From: an uncultured Propionibacteriaceae bacterium
Lineage (GTDB): Bacteria > Actinomycetota > Actinomycetes > Propionibacteriales > Propionibacteriaceae
Assembly (NCBI GenBank): GCA_938046585.1
Contig: CALIWR010000005.1
Span: forward strand, 69,799-133,798
Reading direction: 5' to 3'
DNA length: 64,000 bases
Shown here: one piece after another, positions 61,612 through 64,000 of the stretch
Position numbering within the stretch: position 1 is the first letter of the stretch
Layout: each line of letters starts with the position of its first letter
Program-made: the position numbers and the translations under genes
Notes under the pieces: model-generated
Databases searched by the model: none
Seen by the model: the letters and a program-made list of their open reading frames with translations, nothing else
Told to the model about the DNA's origin: nothing

Positions 61612-62390
61612 GACCGCTGGGGCTGTGGCTGCGCAGCAGCTGGTGGCTGAGCCCGATGATGCTGCTGGCTTTCGGCTCGGGACTGCTGCGGGGCAGTGCG
61701 TGGCGGTGGGACTGGTCGTGGATGTTCTCCCTGGTCACCGGCTCCACCCTGCTGGCATCGCCGCTGCTGGCCACGGCGGCGGTGGTAGTGATGCTGCGCT
61801 CCTACCCGCGGGGGCTGCTGGACCTGACGAGCGTCACGCCCCGCGGCGGCTTGGTTCCGTTCCAGGCCGGGGCGGCGTTGTGGCTGCAGGCGATGCTCAG
61901 CTATGCGCTCTGCCTGGGGGTAGGCGCCTACTGGTGCCAACAGTACGAGGCAGACCAGCGCGGGCTGGTTCTGCCCTGGCAGTTGCTGACCGCCCCGGCG
62001 GCCTTGGCGGCTGCGGTGGCGCTGGGATTGCTGGTGGGACTGCTGGTGCGTTCGCCCTGGGCGGTTCCGGCGGTGACCGTCGGGCTGTTTCTCGGCCACC
62101 GTCCGCTGTACTGGACGTCGCTGCCTGAGCTGGTAACCCTCACGATGGCGACCGGGTCGATGGCGAATGCTGGATTCCGCCCGGCGCCTTCGCACCTGGC
62201 CGCCACGGTAGCGGTGAACCTGCTGCTGGCGCTGGCGGCCTGTGCGCTGCTGCACCGCTTCGGCCACCCGAGCGGGGCCCGGCCCCGACGCTGGCTGGTA
62301 ATCGCGGCGGCGCTCCTGGCGGCACTGCTCGTCGTGATGGGGTGGGGCTGGGGTGATGCCTACCAGCCGATCCCGGCATCACCGGCATGA
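61608..62390 (+). CDS. integral membrane protein (ABC-2-type permease-like, ~6 TM)
   Basis: 260 aa, highly hydrophobic, overlaps the ATPase stop (GTGA). Likely permease partner. Confidence 0.6.
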   Translation: MRPLGLWLRSSWWLSPMMLLAFGSGLLRGSAWRWDWSWMFSLVTGSTLLASPLLATAAVVVMLRSYPRGLLDLTSVTPRGGLVPFQAGAALWLQAMLSYALCLGVGAYWCQQYEADQRGLVLPWQLLTAPAALAAAVALGLLVGLLVRSPWAVPAVTVGLFLGHRPLYWTSLPELVTLTMATGSMANAGFRPAPSHLAATVAVNLLLALAACALLHRFGHPSGARPRRWLVIAAALLAALLVVMGWGWGDAYQPIPASPA

Positions 62391-62998
62391 TCTGGGTGGT
62401 GGCCCGGGCCCGGGGCCTGCTGATCTTCGCCGGGGTGCTGCTGGCCAGTGCTGTGGCGGCCTGGGTAGCTGGCCGGGTACAAGCCAACCTGCCGCTCGCC
62501 GACGGGCCCCGCTACCTGCGGCAGTACCTGGTGGCCTTCCTGCCGGCCGGGATGGGCCCGGCCCTACCCGACCGGCTGCCGGGGCTCTCGGCCACCTTGC
62601 TGCGGGAGCCGCTGCTGCGCCGCTGCACCCTGCTGCTCTACTGGGGTGGGCTGGGGCTTGTGCTGGGCCCGGGTTGGGTTTCTCGGCCCGGCCAGCTGAC
62701 GACGTACGAGATCATGACCTGCCTGGTGCTGGGGACGGTGGTGCTTGCCGTCACCGCCCGCTGGGGGGTCCACGGGGTGCTGGTCGGGCTGTTACTCGGG
62801 CTGGTCTGGATGCTGGCCGGGGATTCGATCGGAGTCGCGATCGGCTTTCCCGGTATCGCTTTCCAGCGCCCCGGCGACCCGGAGCTGGGCGTGGCCAGCC
62901 ACATCCCGGTCCTGCTGGGCGCCGCTGCGTTCGCGGCGGCTGCCGCCAGCGTCGGGCTACTGCGATCCACCCGTGTCGCCGCCGACGAGCAGGCCTGA
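62387..62998 (+). CDS. second integral membrane protein of the cluster
   Basis: 203 aa, ~5-6 TM, ATGA overlap with the preceding gene. Confidence 0.55.
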   Translation: MIWVVARARGLLIFAGVLLASAVAAWVAGRVQANLPLADGPRYLRQYLVAFLPAGMGPALPDRLPGLSATLLREPLLRRCTLLLYWGGLGLVLGPGWVSRPGQLTTYEIMTCLVLGTVVLAVTARWGVHGVLVGLLLGLVWMLAGDSIGVAIGFPGIAFQRPGDPELGVASHIPVLLGAAAFAAAAASVGLLRSTRVAADEQA

Positions 62999-63021
62999 GC
63001 TGCGCTGATTATCCTGACCGC

Positions 63022-64000
63022 GTGAGCAAAACCTGGCCGGGCGTACAAGGTGAACTCGCCCTGGCCGGGCTACGCGACGCGGACCCCACCGGCCTGCTCG
63101 CGCAGATCGACCGGATCATCGTCTGGGATCTGCCGCTGCGGACCCGCTTTCGAGGCCTGACCCGCCGCAATGGCCTGCTCCTGCACGGCCCCCTAGGCTG
63201 GGGCGAGGTCGCCCCTTTCTGGGACTATGACGCGCCGGCCAGCGCCCCTTGGCTCGCCGCCGGCCTAGAACAGGCGACGAGCGACCTTACGAGCCTGCCC
63301 GTACATCGCGCGCAGATCCCCGTCAACGTCACCATCCCTGAAGTCGATGGCGACACGGCTCGGGACCTGGTCGCCGCCGCTGGCGCGACCACCGCCAAGG
63401 TCAAGGTCGCCGGGTCCGACGACAGTCTCGCCGCCGACCTGGAACGGCTCGCCGCCGTACGCGCTGCGCTCGGACCGCAGGGACGGGTACGCATCGACGT
63501 CAACGGGGCCTGGGACCTGGCGACCGCCAAGACTCTTCTGCCGCGCCTGGACCGGGAGGCCGGTGGCCTGGAATACGTCGAACAGCCCTGCCGGGAGGTG
63601 ACCGAGCTCGCCGCCCTGCGGCGCGCCCTGGACATCCCGATCGCCGCGGACGAGGCCATCCGGCTGTCTGCGGACCCCGTGGCAGTCTGCCGACTGGGGG
63701 CCGCCGACATCGCGGTACTCAAGGTCGGGCCGCTGGGCGGGATCCGACGAGCCCTGGCCCTGGCCGAGAGACTGGGGCTGCCCGCGGTTGTCTCGTCTGC
63801 CCTGGACACGAGTGTCGGGCTAGGGGCGGGCGCTGTTCTCGCCGCCGCTCTACCCGATCTGGGATACGCCTGCGGTTTGGGGACCAGCAGCCTCTTGGCA
63901 GCGGATGTGGCGTTGCCGTCGGTCGTGCCGCGTGGCGGCTTGTTGCCGCTGCGACCGGTCGAGGTTTCGGAGCCGCTCCTCGCCGCCGCCGGGGCCGGCG
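63022..64000 (+). CDS. menC: o-succinylbenzoate synthase (enolase superfamily), 3'-truncated at window edge
   Basis: Translation aligns throughout with actinobacterial MenC: VWDLPLRTRFRG, TAKVKVAG, VRIDVNGAWD (Mg ligand), EYVEQPC, IPIAADEAIR, AVLKVGPLGG, VVSSALDTSVG. No stop occurs before the window end. GTG start is uncertain. Confidence 0.8.
   Translation, partial: MSKTWPGVQGELALAGLRDADPTGLLAQIDRIIVWDLPLRTRFRGLTRRNGLLLHGPLGWGEVAPFWDYDAPASAPWLAAGLEQATSDLTSLPVHRAQIPVNVTIPEVDGDTARDLVAAAGATTAKVKVAGSDDSLAADLERLAAVRAALGPQGRVRIDVNGAWDLATAKTLLPRLDREAGGLEYVEQPCREVTELAALRRALDIPIAADEAIRLSADPVAVCRLGAADIAVLKVGPLGGIRRALALAERLGLPAVVSSALDTSVGLGAGAVLAAALPDLGYACGLGTSSLLAADVALPSVVPRGGLLPLRPVEVSEPLLAAAGAG

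Overview
This is a 64 kb, ~70% GC actinobacterial chromosomal segment dominated by core housekeeping genes. Gene order and protein similarity resemble Mycobacterium and Propionibacteriales-type genomes. No CRISPR array, rRNA or tRNA was seen.

The conserved blocks, left to right, are:
- pgk(partial)-tpiA-secG-rbpA on the plus strand.
- A zwf-opcA-pgl pentose-phosphate operon on the minus strand, followed by two tandem L,D-transpeptidase lipoprotein paralogs.
- A MalEFG-like sugar ABC transporter without an ATPase, then an H+-pyrophosphatase, a DUF3349 protein and a Pit phosphate transporter.
- A complete sufR-sufB-sufD-(Rieske)-sufC-sufS-sufU-sufT Fe-S assembly operon.
- A fabG1(mabA)-inhA-like operon, followed by def and xerC.
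- The rpsB-tsf-pyrH-frr-cdsA-rlmN ... dxr-rip1-ispG translation and isoprenoid block, then proS and the start of menC.

Four regions are not explained by this core layout and look accessory or novel:
1. A convergent pair of paralogous ~620-aa proteins of unknown function, immediately downstream of the suf operon (25.5-29.3 kb).
2. An 1131-aa uncharacterised protein plus a Roadblock/LC7-like small protein inserted between rlmN and dxr (48.2-52.3 kb).
3. A low-GC islet (60.4-63.0 kb) encoding a small secreted Tyr/Gly-rich peptide with a start-codon or frame anomaly, followed by an ABC ATPase and two membrane proteins; the layout resembles a bacteriocin/immunity-type cluster.
4. A heavily frameshifted glycoside-hydrolase-like pseudogene between rbpA and pgl (2.45-3.5 kb).

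About 40 further six-frame ORFs overlap the real genes on the opposite strand or extend them 5' and are treated as high-GC artefacts.
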